A stretch of DNA of 64,000 bases from contig OZ024743.1 in NCBI GenBank assembly GCA_964016885.1, positions 288,610,001 through 288,674,000 on the forward strand, in the 5' to 3' direction. Within the stretch, counting starts at the first letter, position 1, and each line of letters opens with the position of its first letter. Both the position numbers and the translations under genes were made by a program. Under the pieces are notes generated by a model. It worked only from the letters and a program-made list of their open reading frames with translations, ran no database searches and had not been told where the DNA came from. Source of the DNA: Eledone cirrhosa. Lineage: Eukaryota. Below are positions 28,830 to 40,884 of this stretch, in pieces.

Positions 28830-30622
28830 TGTTATACTTTGGGAGGGTCATGTTGCCAATAAGAAATACACGCACCAGTAGTTTTCACTCCAATTTATTA
28901 TAAATTAAATTTATGAATTTAAGAATTTATAAATTTCCGGTTGGTTGGTTGGTTCCATAACCGAACGGTTGTTCATATATTGTCAAAGTTCTTTCGTTAC
29001 ACATTCTGTGACCTCTTCAGTGACTGGGGATTCTTTTCTTTGTTTTGTGCCTCTCCTTTGTTCTGTCCTACGCCATCTTGTTTTTGTGTGTGTTGTGTGC
29101 TTAGTTTGCGCATGTGTTACATCCGGGTGTATGTGTGTGTTTTTATTTGTTTATTTATTTGTTTATTTACATGTTACTGGTTGTTTGTTTGTTCTATGTG
29201 CGTGTGCGTTTTCATTTTGTCCTGAATTGTAAGTTGTGATGTTGCTATTCCATTCATATTTTTTATTTAATTTTGGTTGGAGCTCATTTATGTTTATTTC
29301 CTCTGTGATTTGTCTAAATATTGCGTCTTTTCTGTGTGTAGATTCTATTTTTATTTCTATGTTTTTTAATTTGCCATTATGTTCTATTTTAGCATGTTGG
29401 TGGAGTTCTGATGATTCTATTTTGTTTGAAGTTCTCGCCAGTGTTCATTTAACCGTTCTCCTATAATACGAGCTGTCTCAACTATGTACACTATATTCTT
29501 ATCTTTACATTGTCCTTCAGTACATCTTATGCTATATACTATATTTCTAGTTTTACAGTTAATATGGGGGCTTAGTTTACAGATTATGCATTTCTTATCT
29601 ATACAGGGAGGTCTTTGAAAAGGGTATGTATTGCTAATAAGTGTTTTTATGAAGGTACCTGGTCTTTCTACTATCTTAATATTAAGTTTCTGTTTATCTA
29701 GGGCCCTTCTCAATTTGTAAGCTAATTCACCTCTAGGGGTTGTATTGATGAGCATTACACTCGGGTATTTATTGCTATCATACCATGAGTTTATTCTATT
29801 AACCTTATTCCTAGTTATTTCTATTCTATTCCAAAATTTGCTCCTATACAAGGGGCAGGTCCCATTTGTATCATTAGTTACCATTTTTTCCCATTTGGTT
29901 CTGGCCCCTCTATAGAGTCTGATTTTATCTCTCTGATTGTAACCAGAGAACTGCATACGGTGGATGAAGTGTTGTATGTGTCTCTCTAGTTCTTTGGGGT
30001 TGCACATGCGGGACACGTTTCTCATCACCCGTACCAAATCCGCAATCAGTATGTTGATTTTGGTGTGATCCGAAACAGCTGAGTTTCGGTGGATCAGATA
30101 TTTGGAAGTCATGGGTTTGGCATAATGGGAATGGAGGATTTTTTTTTTTGTTATTAATTGTTTCTAACAAGAGCTCTGTGTCTAGTACAGGTAACCGATG
30201 GTTGGGGTGTTTGCTTGGGTAGTCTATAGTAACTCTAATACTCTAATGGATGGAGTTAGATATTTGCTGGATGCTTTCCATGGTGTTTTTCTCTAATTCC
30301 TGACTGTTCTCTAGTGGGGGTGTTTTTACTACGATGTTTATATCATCAACGTAGCGGGAGTACATTATCAGGATTAAGAAGTTGCTGACACCAATGGCTG
30401 GTCCCTCCTCTTGGGCATATGTTTTTCCATTAAATTTGAACATATGTTCCTTAAGGGTTAGTTTTATACTGGCCCCCACCGCATGTGCAATCATTTTCTT
30501 TAGTTCATCGTGGTTTTCGGGGGTCCGTATGGCTCTGTTCCACCCGTTCCATCTTTCTGTGTGGGTTTTCTTGGCCATTGAGGTAATGGTAGGTGGTCTG
30601 CCTCTTGCTGGTCTCAGAAACG
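28830..30622 (-). mobile_element. Decayed, 5'-truncated Penelope-like element (partial RT + GIY-YIG endonuclease + 3' terminal region with hammerhead motif)
   Basis: ORF 30243..30863 has FKFNGKTYAQEEGPAIG and YSRYVDDI. ORF 29417..30112 has FSGY, C..KKCIIC..C, NIVYSIRC..C..IVYIVETAR..GERLNEH (GIY-YIG type). Both ends abut (TA)n-rich tracts. Confidence 0.88.
28982..29024 (-). ncRNA. Minimal hammerhead-ribozyme-like motif in the Penelope 3' terminal region
   Basis: Minus strand reads GTCA-CTGAAGA-G-GTCACAGAATGTGTAAC-GAAA-GAAC-TT-TGAC. Stem I is GTCA/TGAC, the core boxes are intact and stem II is an imperfect hairpin. Confidence 0.65.
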
Positions 30623-30647
30623 AAATATATATATATGAATATATATA

Positions 30648-30700
<53 letters not shown>

Positions 30701-31297
30701 ACACGTTGCCTTCGTCTTTGCCCCTCTCACCGTCACCTCTTCTATTCCCACAATTCTTTCTTTCTCTTTCACTACCACCTCTCTCTGTTCCTCTCTCTCT
30801 CCCCCTCACCCCCCTCCTCTCTCTTTTTCTCTCACTGACACACACATATACAAACACAGACATTACACGTTATATATTGTTGATGAGATGAAGAATATAC
30901 TACAGTCATCACAGAACTGTACCCTCGCCTATATTTCAACATTACAAACACGATAGATATAGAGAATTATTTATACTCAATTAATAACAACTAACAAACC
31001 ATACGTTTCATCACGTTGCCTACTTTGTTTTTGTTTCTCTGTTTTTGTTTTTTAACATTGACACAAGGAAAGATTAGGCATGAAATATATACGTAATTGA
31101 CGGCTAACGCAGGTGCATCTATGTGTGTGTGTGTATGTGTGTGTGTGTCTTTGTGTGTATCTGTGTGTATGTGTTTGCATATTTGTGCAAGTGTGTGTAT
31201 CATTCAATGTTTGTCTACGAATAGAAATTATATCACACGTGTTTATATGTTGCGTATATATATATATATAAACAAACACATACCCATACACACACAT

Positions 31298-31361
<64 letters not shown>

Positions 31362-32746
31362 GTATGAATGAGTATATATAAATAAACAAACACACACCGA
31401 TATACACAAACACAAATATAAACATATATATATATATAGACATACACATATATACATTAACATATGAACACAGACGCATGCACATATATATTTGTGTTTA
31501 TGTACTCTGCGATGTTGTAGGAGTGTTTGCGTTATTCTATGAAGTTTATATAATGTTAGGTGAAATGATATAAATGAAATGATATATACACATATACATA
31601 CATAAATACATACATACACACATGCATACACGCATATATACATACTTACATACATACATTAAAACATATACACAAACACATACATACATACATATATACA
31701 CACATACATACACACATACATACATACATACATACATACATACATACATACATACATACATACATACATACATACATACATACATACATACATACATGAA
31801 GGCTTTCCCACAAATCTTCAGAAGTAGGTTTATATTTTAATAAATGATTATATATTTTTTTCAACATAAAATAGGAAGGAATTAATACGAAATGATAATG
31901 AGTAATTTCGAAAAAAACAAGACCAAATAGTAAATTAATTCTCTTTGATAGGAACCGTCATGAATTTTCTTTACTGTTCTACACATTGAAAGCGCTTGTC
32001 GCTCGTAGCATACATTCTAACTGAACGTTTACTCTTCACTGTCTCTCTTTTCATATTGCCAAGTTCTCTATAGTTATAATTTACAGAGAGTGGCAATCAC
32101 ACACACACACTCTCTTTCTCACACACATACACCATGTGTTATTATACATAGATATGAGCATTCAGTCTTTCGATTGAATGTCTAACTCATGAATTAGTGT
32201 GTAATTTAGTTAAGCAGTCCACCGGCATCAGTACCCTTAAGGTAAATCGCAAGCTGGATTTAATACAGTGTATATAGAAATATTTATAGGGATCAAATCT
32301 AACAAGTTAAGACATGTACGACGTTTCTTCGACTTCATACTCTAAACTTAAGAACAGTAGAGTGTAGATATCATTATAAGGATTCTTTGAATTACAGTTA
32401 AGATTCTAAAATGTTGGTAGAAAATAAGTTCTTTGTTACTTTCGAAATCGTACAATCTTAGGCATAGGGCAAAGAATTTTCATATTATATAAATATGGGA
32501 GGGGGTGATTTGGTGTATGTGACTGTACATCTGTGTGCATGTTTCATCTCGGTGATGTTATATAAAAATGTATGTATGTTTATATATAGACATTTCACTC
32601 TATCTGTCCCTCTCACTTTTTCTTTATATTATGTATATAAATACACACACATATAAATATATGTATATATTTATATGTGTGTGTATGTGTGTGTGTTAAA
32701 TATATTATATATATGTATATGCATATACATATATATAATATATTTA

Positions 32747-32788
<42 letters not shown>

Positions 32789-32899
32789 TCACAAATACAA
32801 ACATATATACATATAAATGCAAATTACGGTGTAGGACGAGAGATTAGAAATGGCCAGGAATAGTGAAAATAACAAAGTACACAGACAACAATCAACATG

Positions 32900-33195
32900 A
32901 AAACGGAAGTGCCATTTTCACCAATCGATTGGATACCATTGTGATTTCGACAAGTTAATATCACTCTATAAATATGACGTCAGTAATAATTCAGACTAAC
33001 GTGAATAGTGAATTACTATAACATGTAAGAAACAAGACAGTAACGGAAGTCATTTCTTCCAAATTCCTATTGTAAGCGCTACACCGAAATTGCTTTTCAC
33101 GATTATATATATATATAAATATAAAAGTCATGGCGTTCATTATAGTGTCATGCTAGAATAAACCAATGTATTCCATTCCAAAATGGCGGCGTAAT
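32900..33195. promoter_or_regulatory. Cluster of promoter-type motifs in non-repetitive DNA
   Basis: CGGAAGT at 32904 and 33044 (ETS), GCCATTTT at 32911 and CAAAATGGCGGC at 33179 (YY1), CCAATCGATTGG at 32921, TATAAAT at 32967, TGACGTCA at 32975 (CRE). Confidence 0.35.
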
Positions 33196-33603
33196 GAAAG
33201 GTGTGCCTCCCACGCAGGGAAGGGCGTGTTAGTTGCCAGTACTGGTTTCTGCCAACAAGATCATATATATATACATATATATGTAAAGATGAAATTTGAA
33301 ATGTATGCTGCTCAACGGAAATAACCATAGTAATTTCTGAAGACTCTAAATACTAGATGAGAAAATTACTCCACATTTTTGTGTCTCCATGACTAATTTA
33401 CTGATTTTATCGCCTATTATTCGTAGAGATTGATTATTATTACACATATTTTGCGTTGGGATATATACATTTCAAATTTTCCCAATACTTCGTAAGTTAC
33501 AGGAAACCAAGTTTGGCAACAAGTTACAGTTGTTGCTAATATAATATGATATATGATATAACATAATGTCTATCTATCAATGAACCAATCTATCTATCTA
33601 TCT

Positions 33604-36600
33604 CACCATCATCATCACCAAGTGACAATGAGGGAGAGCCTCTCCGTTCGAAAAGAAAGAAGAAAAGACACCACAAGAACAAAAAACAACAAACATCACT
33701 ACAGACATACAACCACCAACACAAACAACACAAACATTACAAACAAAGACCCCGCCGTCCCGAAAAGAAAACCACGACATCACTCCAAACACAAACACCT
33801 ACAACAAAACGAAAGCTCCCACAAGAACAACAGACAAAAACCACCGCAACACAAGAACATTACACATACATAAACGAAGGGAAATTTTTTTCGAACTGTG
33901 TAGAACTGTGTAGAAAAACCTAATTTAAAGATGATTAGGGTCCCTACGGACACCTACAAGTCTTTAAAGGAAAACTTTCCTAAGGACGTGGGTAATCCTT
34001 GTATTAAACCCATTAACCGCGTCCTTTTAAAACGTTTCCCCACCCTCACCTCAGACAGCCCCACCCCATCAGACACCCCTCCCCACCAAACATCTCCGTC
34101 CCCACTCCGCCGGAAAACACCACCCACCCACCCAGACAACCCCTCTAACACCTCAATAAAAATCGTGCGGCCTGGTCCCCGGGAGACGAAGAGGTGAGTG
34201 CTTTCTTCTCTTCTTTTAACTTCAGAACCAACATGGCCAATATAAGAGTTGGATGTGTGAATGTCTGCGGCCTGGTCGCACAGTATGGATGTAGTAGCCT
34301 TTGTGAGTCCAGGATCCACAGCGAGTGACAGCTGGCCCCCATCTTCGATGACTTTGAGATCTACGCATCTCTCTGTCAGCCGGGGAGTGAAGGCAGGGTT
34401 GCCGTTTTGCTGCGGAAACACCTGGGCCTCGTAACACAGACGGTACATCTGTACGCGGAGGATCGGCTGGTGGTCCTAGACGTTGACGGTAGTGAAGGTG
34501 GAGCCTTCAGGCTGGTGGCCGCATATCCCCCATCCGGGACACCGCGGCCAGACTTATTCAAACGTCTAGAGACTTTTCTGGGAACGTCCCGCTCCTTGCT
34601 TTTAGTGGGGGACTGGAATGGAATCCTAGATGCACGTTGGGACTATGTGGGAGCATGTTCCGATAAAGCGGAGGGGGTGTAACAGCCTCAAATAGTTAAT
34701 CGGCCGATTTGACCTGGCCGATAGATATCAACTAGATTTTCCGACTGTGTCACTCTGGACGTGAACTAATCGTAGCGGAACATCTAGATAGTACCTAGAT
34801 AGGGTTCTAGTTAGAAATAAGGATAGGGACATGTTAAGCTGTCCACAAATGTTCATGGTTGTCTATTCAGATCACAAACTAGTGACCTGCATGGTCAACC
34901 TTGATAGAAGGACTCGACCATAGATAAGGACCCGACTACTGGAAGCTGAACTTGTCGTTACCGACATGCAAAGCCTACAGTAGACGGATTAGCACTTTAG
35001 TTAAACAGCACTTGACAGGGGCCATTGTCAACAACAGATGGTGGTTCTCTCTCAAGGGGGCAGTTAGATTAGACTCATTAGTTTTTAGTAAAGAATTAGC
35101 GTTAGATAGAAATAGGACCGAGAAGGAACTGGTAGATAAAGTAGAAGAGGCAATTAGAAAAGGCAACGTAGCCAGCGCACTAGCAACGAGAACGGCCTTG
35201 GACCAGTTCTTCGACGCAAAGCACGAGGGCTGCGTTGTCAGAAGCAAAATACGTGCTCTGGGAAACGAGGGAGCCAAAGCTGTTAACTGGGCCCGAGTGA
35301 CGGAGGCAAAAAGTGGCAACAAGTCCACGATTCGGTCTTTGAAGGACCAAGACGGAAGCGTGATACGTGAGCCGAAGCAGATGTGTGCGGCCTTTCAGCG
35401 GCACTTTTCTCAACTGTTCGGGCAGGTCGGCGCGCCGGGAGGGGCTATGGATTTCGGTCCATACCTCGACGGCCTACCGCGACTCTCGGACAGTGAGGCG
35501 ATGTTCTGCGAAAAGCCGATTTCAGCCGCTGAGATAGAGGATGTGCTGAGCCAATGCGGCAAACGCAAATCTCCAGGTCTCAACGGTCTACCCTACGAAT
35601 TTTACGTAGCAATGCCGGACTTATTCTCCAGTCTCCTGGAAGGGGTCTACTGCAACTGCAGCAGAACGGGAGAATTCCCAGTTCTGTGACCGGGGGGGGG
35701 GGCGTAGTCATACTAGTCAGGAAGGACGAGAATAAGGGAGATAACATAGGCAACTTCCGGCCCATAACTCTGCTAAACACAGAGTTACAGATTTTCGCCA
35801 AGATGTTGGCAAAGAGGCTGGCGCTTGTCGTCGAGAACCTGGTGGAAGAAGCGCAGACATGCGCAATCCCGACCAGGTACATACACGACAACCTCCACCT
35901 CATGCGATACATCATAGAGAGGGTAGGGTGGGGCCCTGATCAACTTGGATCAGTCTAAGGCTTTCGATAGGGTTGACCATCGTTACCTGGATGCGGTGCT
36001 CGAGGCGGCAGGCTTCGGACTCGTGTTCAGGGGCTGGATTGCTGCAATGCACAGCAGCAACAGTTGCTCAAGGGTCAAGATGAACGGTTACCTCTCGGAG
36101 CCGTTCCATATCACGCGATCCATTCGACAGGGATGCCATCTCTCCTCTCTTCTGTACATACTGACTCTCGAGCCACTACTGCGGAAGTTGGAGCTATTGC
36201 AGGGCATCCCTCTGGAACAGGGACTGCGGAAAGCGGCGTCGGCCTCCGCCGACGAAATAGCAGTAATGGTGTCGAGCACCTCGCAAATAGAGGAAGTTTG
36301 CACCTTAATGAAGGAATACGAGAAGGTTCACAGGAGCGAAGCTGAACCGGGACAAATCCATCGGTTTGGAACCCGGATCGTGGAGAGGCAAACCGATGCC
36401 TCCCGATGGCGTCGTCGGACCCTGGACGGAATGACCGGTAAAGCTGCTCGGGGTCTGGTTTGGTCCGGACCTCCAGGTGGAGAAGAACTGGAACGAGGTG
36501 ACGGCCAAGGTGTTTGCACTCACCCAGAAGTGGGCCGAGTGCAAACTATCCTTGAAAGGTCGAGCGGAGGTGGCGAACACTTTTATAGCGATCGCCATCT

Positions 36601-37868
36601 ACTACCGCTTGACTGTCGAGCCTTGTCCAGCCCAAACGCTCACCAAAATGGAGCGCGCGCTCTTCCAATTCCTTTGGAAGAAGCGGGCTCCTTTGGTGAG
36701 AAGATCCATCTGCTGCCAACACCCTTCCAACGGAGGGCTGGGGATGTTGTGGCTGACGATGCGCAAACACGCGCTCAGGCTGCGGCATCTCTACGTATTC
36801 CTCACCGGACAACCGGTGTGGGCTCCATTCGTTAGGCGAGCTTGCCCACAACTCGTCTCGCTGACCGAGCTGCAGTCCTGGGTCAAGCAAAGACCGAGGA
36901 AAATGGGCGACTGGCACATCAAATGTGATCAGGCGCTCACAGCCCTCTGGCAGGCGGACCCGGCGATCAGTGCAGACTCCACTTCGTCATTCTATAGAGG
37001 GTTTATCCGCAGCAAGTGCGACGACGCGCTCGGTGAAACTCTAGGCGTAGAGGAAGACGAACTGGCCAGTCTGTTCGGTAGGACCTTCCGCCCGGGACCG
37101 ATGGACAACTTCCAAAAGTCCCTGGCCTGGCAGTGCTACCGAGGAGCTTTACCAGTTCGAGACAAGCTCTACAGACATGGGCGCCCGGGCAGGGACCCTT
37201 CAAAAAAGATCTGTCCGAGGTGCGTGGGAGACGAAGAAACCGTCGCGCACGCATTCATACACTTCCCGGGCGTTACCGACCTGTGAGGCTATGTAGAACG
37301 ACTATTGTCGCGGGTGGGACCAATCCGGTTGACCACCGAGTCCATTGTCATGTTCAAACCGCCACCCTCCTTCAAAAACGAAGGAGAGGCGGTTTTCCTT
37401 TGTGTGATAGCTATGGCAAAAGAGGTTGTATGGTGGACAAGGTTGAAAGGGCTGAGGTCAGACACCTTTCTCTCCGGCCAACAACTGATTCTTTTTTTCA
37501 AATACCACTTTGGAAGAAGAATCAGGATGGAGAGAGAGGTGCTGTACCCCAGCAAGTTTTATGAAAGGTGGGTGAAAGTGGCGAGAATGGCCCGAGTGAA
37601 TGGGCCTTCTCTCTATATCAGCCTGTAGGTTGAGGAAAAAGAGGAGGAAAGGAAAGGGGTACAAACTCTTTGTACTCCTGGAGATGAGGGTTGCACATTT
37701 TTTTCTGGGCTATGTGTTACCCATATATAATGTCTCCCCTTATAGGGGAAAGTCGACTAATTTTTAAATTGCATTTGTGATAATATTTTACACGTTTTTA
37801 TTGTATGTAAACTTCCCCTTTTGTATTTGTCCCCTTCTTTTTTGCCCCTGTGGCTAATAAAGAAACAT
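33604..37868 (+). mobile_element. 5'-truncated L1/Tx1-type non-LTR retrotransposon (ORF1 C-terminal remnant, disrupted ORF2, 3' UTR)
   Basis: GC-rich block with a basic, low-complexity ORF1 remnant ending at TGA 34197, ORF2 motifs (see next feature) and a 3' UTR with AATAAA at 37856. (TCTA)n lies on both sides. Confidence 0.9.
34233..37628 (+). pseudogene. LINE ORF2 (APE endonuclease, reverse transcriptase, C-terminal zinc knuckle) with several frameshifts and stops
   Basis: Starts MANIRVGCVNVCGL. APE motifs LVGDWN, YLDRVL and SDHK. RT motifs KSPGLNGLP, NFRPITLLNTELQIFAK, DQSKAFDRV, IRQGCHLS and a degenerate YADD (SADE). Later GGLG and CPRC..ETVAH. Split across ORFs 34407, 34952, 35554, 35945, 36477 and 37305. 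Confidence 0.92.
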
Positions 37869-38339
37869 ATCTATCTAACTATCTATCTATCTATCTATCT
37901 GTGTGTGTGTGTTTGTGTGGGTGTGTGTGTGTGTGGGTGTGTGTGTGTGTAGATCCCGAGTAAAGTCGGGGGTAACCACAGTTATAAAAGGTACTCAATA
38001 CGCTAGTAAAGTGTAAACATCATTATTTGATAGAGAAATGTCTTCTAGAGGACTCGATCTGTTTAATCCGTATGAAATCGTCAGGAATACACACACACTC
38101 GCAAATACGTTTGTGAAATAAATTAGTGATGTATATTCACATGTAAAGAAAATAGAGTCATATACTTTTAATGAAATTGTTAATGTTAGTTTTATGTTTA
38201 GATGTTTAATTAGAGGATCAACCAGGGACTGTGAGGAGATTTGAAAATAATTCCGACAAACTTCTTTATTTAGAATTACAATTGCAATTACAATAAGGCT
38301 TTGTTGCCGCTATGTTTTGTGTTAACAAAATATAAGGGA

Positions 38340-38466
38340 CAGGGGCGGTGGAAGCATTTCTGAATTGGAGGGGAAGGGGAAAATTTGGTCAATTTAGTTG
38401 TAGTGATTAGTTTAGCTGTTATTATCAAATATCAACCAAGTATCTCCCCCAGTTCCACCGCCCCTG
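38340..38466. mobile_element. 127-bp MITE-like element with 14-bp terminal inverted repeats
   Basis: CAGGGGCGGTGGAA ... TTCCACCGCCCCTG. No clear target-site duplication. Confidence 0.5.
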
Positions 38467-38753
38467 GGGGAGATACTTTTCGTGATAATGTAGTGAAACA
38501 TTTTGAGCTGGTATTAAAATTTTCTGGGTGAGAATATAAAAGGATAATTTTTGGGCTGGGGTGATGGTAATTTTAAAGGATAATAATTAGATGATTTTGT
38601 ATGAATATGCTGGTAAATATTGTGGACAAATGTTTATTAAATTAATCATAGTTTCGTATATCTTTACTTTATCAATTCCAGCCATTACATTCGTCAGTAA
38701 TTATTTATTCAGTCACACATTTATAAACTCATACAGGCACGCACACACACGCA

Positions 38754-38803
<50 letters not shown>

Positions 38804-39153
38804 AACACATATAAGCGCGTGCGCGCACACACACACACACATACATATATATATCCATTAGTTGCGGTCGGTTAATGGGCATAACCGGAAGGATACTGCG
38901 ACAAATTCTTTATACTATAACCTATATCATTACGTATTTATTCTGAATTGAACTTTTAATGGAAAATCATTTAAATATTTCAGATACTCTGTTTTTATAA
39001 TGCCTCACTATTTATATGAATTATTAAGACATGAATGAAAATGAAACGTGGAATTTGAGGCTCACCAAAACGAGACACCGCGGAAGCATTTTACCCTCAA
39101 GACATTTATGAAGATTTGTGTGCATACACACATACGTACATGCATACCCATAA

Positions 39154-39195
<42 letters not shown>

Positions 39196-39346
39196 TCACA
39201 CACACACACACACATACACAAACATATATATATATGTGTGTATGTATGTATATATGTAATATATATAGTGACAAATGGAACGGGAACAAAACAGAGAGGC
39301 AGTACAAACAAAGGTTTATTAGTTTCACTATATATATATATGTATA

Positions 39347-39387
<41 letters not shown>

Positions 39388-39509
39388 TTATGAATATATA
39401 TGTATATATATATTCATAAATGTGTGTATATATCATATGAGTATGTTTGTATACACACATACGTACAACAATATATGTTGATACGATTTTCTTTAAAATT
39501 CATATTTAC

Positions 39510-40370
39510 CTGTTTGAATTGTTCTTGGAACGTCCAGTGATGGGAGGGTCCTGTGCTGTCCAAGCCTTGTGTCGTTGCTGTGTGACTGGGGACCGATGTT
39601 GGTGAAACAGATGGTAAACTGCCTACACCCGGCAGTCCTCGGTTTGGGTTGACCACACCGGCGCTGGCGGCGGCTGCGGCAGCGGCGGCGGCGGCGAAAC
39701 GTTCCAAATAAGCAGCATGGTTAATAATGTCAATCCGGGTGTGATCCGGTTTCATATCTGGAGCTACTCCACCTCCTCCACCTCCACCTCCACCACCACC
39801 TCCTCCCCCTGGCCCACCACTCACTGCTGTACTACTGCCATTACCATTACCAGCACCAGCACCGCTACCACTGCCAGTACTACCGGCACTACCACCTATT
39901 CTACTGTGTGCACCTGGTGGTGTGGAAATATAGTCTGTCGTTGATCCGTTTCCCCCACCACCACTACCTCCAACAACAACGCCGCTGCCACTCACACTGC
40001 TACTACTACCGCCACTATTTCCACTACTCCCACTACTACCGTTTCCCCCTCCACCACCACTGATAACGCCCGTACCGCCAATTGCAGACGAGCTTGGATG
40101 TTTTCGAACTAAGTCCTGGTCGCGTTGCTGAATGCGCTCGTGTAGGCGCAAGTCCTTGGCACGCATTTCTTCGTGTTGACGGGCAATCGCCTCCTCGTGC
40201 GCTTTCAGTTCACGTTCAATCTCTTCGCGTTCTTCTCGTTCCTGTTGTTTGAGTTTTTCGTATAGCTCTCTGTCAGCCGGGTCCATCTTGTCTGTGCAAA
40301 TCTCACTCTCATCTCCGTTTTCACTGACATTCTCCGAATCCACATCAGATTCGTTTAGACCGCTGTTCGA
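39510..40370 (-). CDS. ARID3: Internal coding exon (287 codons) of an ARID3/dead ringer (Bright/retained)-family transcription factor, immediately N-terminal to the ARID domain
   Basis: Open frame within ORF 39414..40385. Acceptor is ttttttcttgtttctgttgcAG|TCG (AG at 40372-40371) and donor is CAG|GTAAAT (GT at 39509-39508), both phase 0. The exon ends SHHWTFQEQFKQ, matching the WT(F/Y)EEQFKQ|LYEL motif preceding the extended ARID domain of ARID3/dri. It also has an acidic start, an E/R/Q-rich coiled-coil-like segment, Gly14 and Ala10 tracts. Confidence 0.85.
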
Positions 40371-40744
40371 CTGCAACAGAAACAAGAAAAAAAAATTATT
40401 GAAAAACTGTGGAAAAAGGTCATCCTGATGACAGAGTTATTTGAAAGTAATATAATTATCATTGTCATATTGCGCAGAAGTTAACTGAAAACTATACACA
40501 CATTATTTACTTAAGAAATGTATGTTTATCATCACATTTGTACATTTGAAATGATATATAATCACATCTATATAGACATTGACATATCATCTATAAGTAT
40601 ATTCATAAGCATGTTCTTCAAAATAGCAATATTAGGATCTGTACATTTTCCCCCACTGTTAACCTTCATCATTTCCGTGTATGTTTTATTTTTTCGATAT
40701 ACATAATTCTGTATGAAGTAAGGGATATCTTAACGATGCATACC

Positions 40745-40884
40745 ATCAACAGCGACAAGAAGAACAAGAAGAACAAGAAGAACAAGAAGAACAAGAAGAA
40801 CAACAAGAACAACAAGAACAACAACAGCAACAAGAACAACAACAGCAACAACAAGAGGAGCAACAGCAACAACAACCACAACAA
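40745..40884. repeat. (AAGAACAAG)n/(AAC)n trinucleotide-derived repeat
   Basis: Direct reading. Confidence 0.9.

Noticed and set aside
39414-40385. Single-exon 323-aa gene as given by the ORF track
   Set aside because: The start is a non-ATG codon within the polypyrimidine tract, and the tail after FKQ reads into intron. Splice sites define an internal exon instead.
40420-40460. CTGATGA..GAAA next to the ARID3 exon
   Set aside because: Stem II is weak and there is no stem I pairing, so it is compatible with chance.
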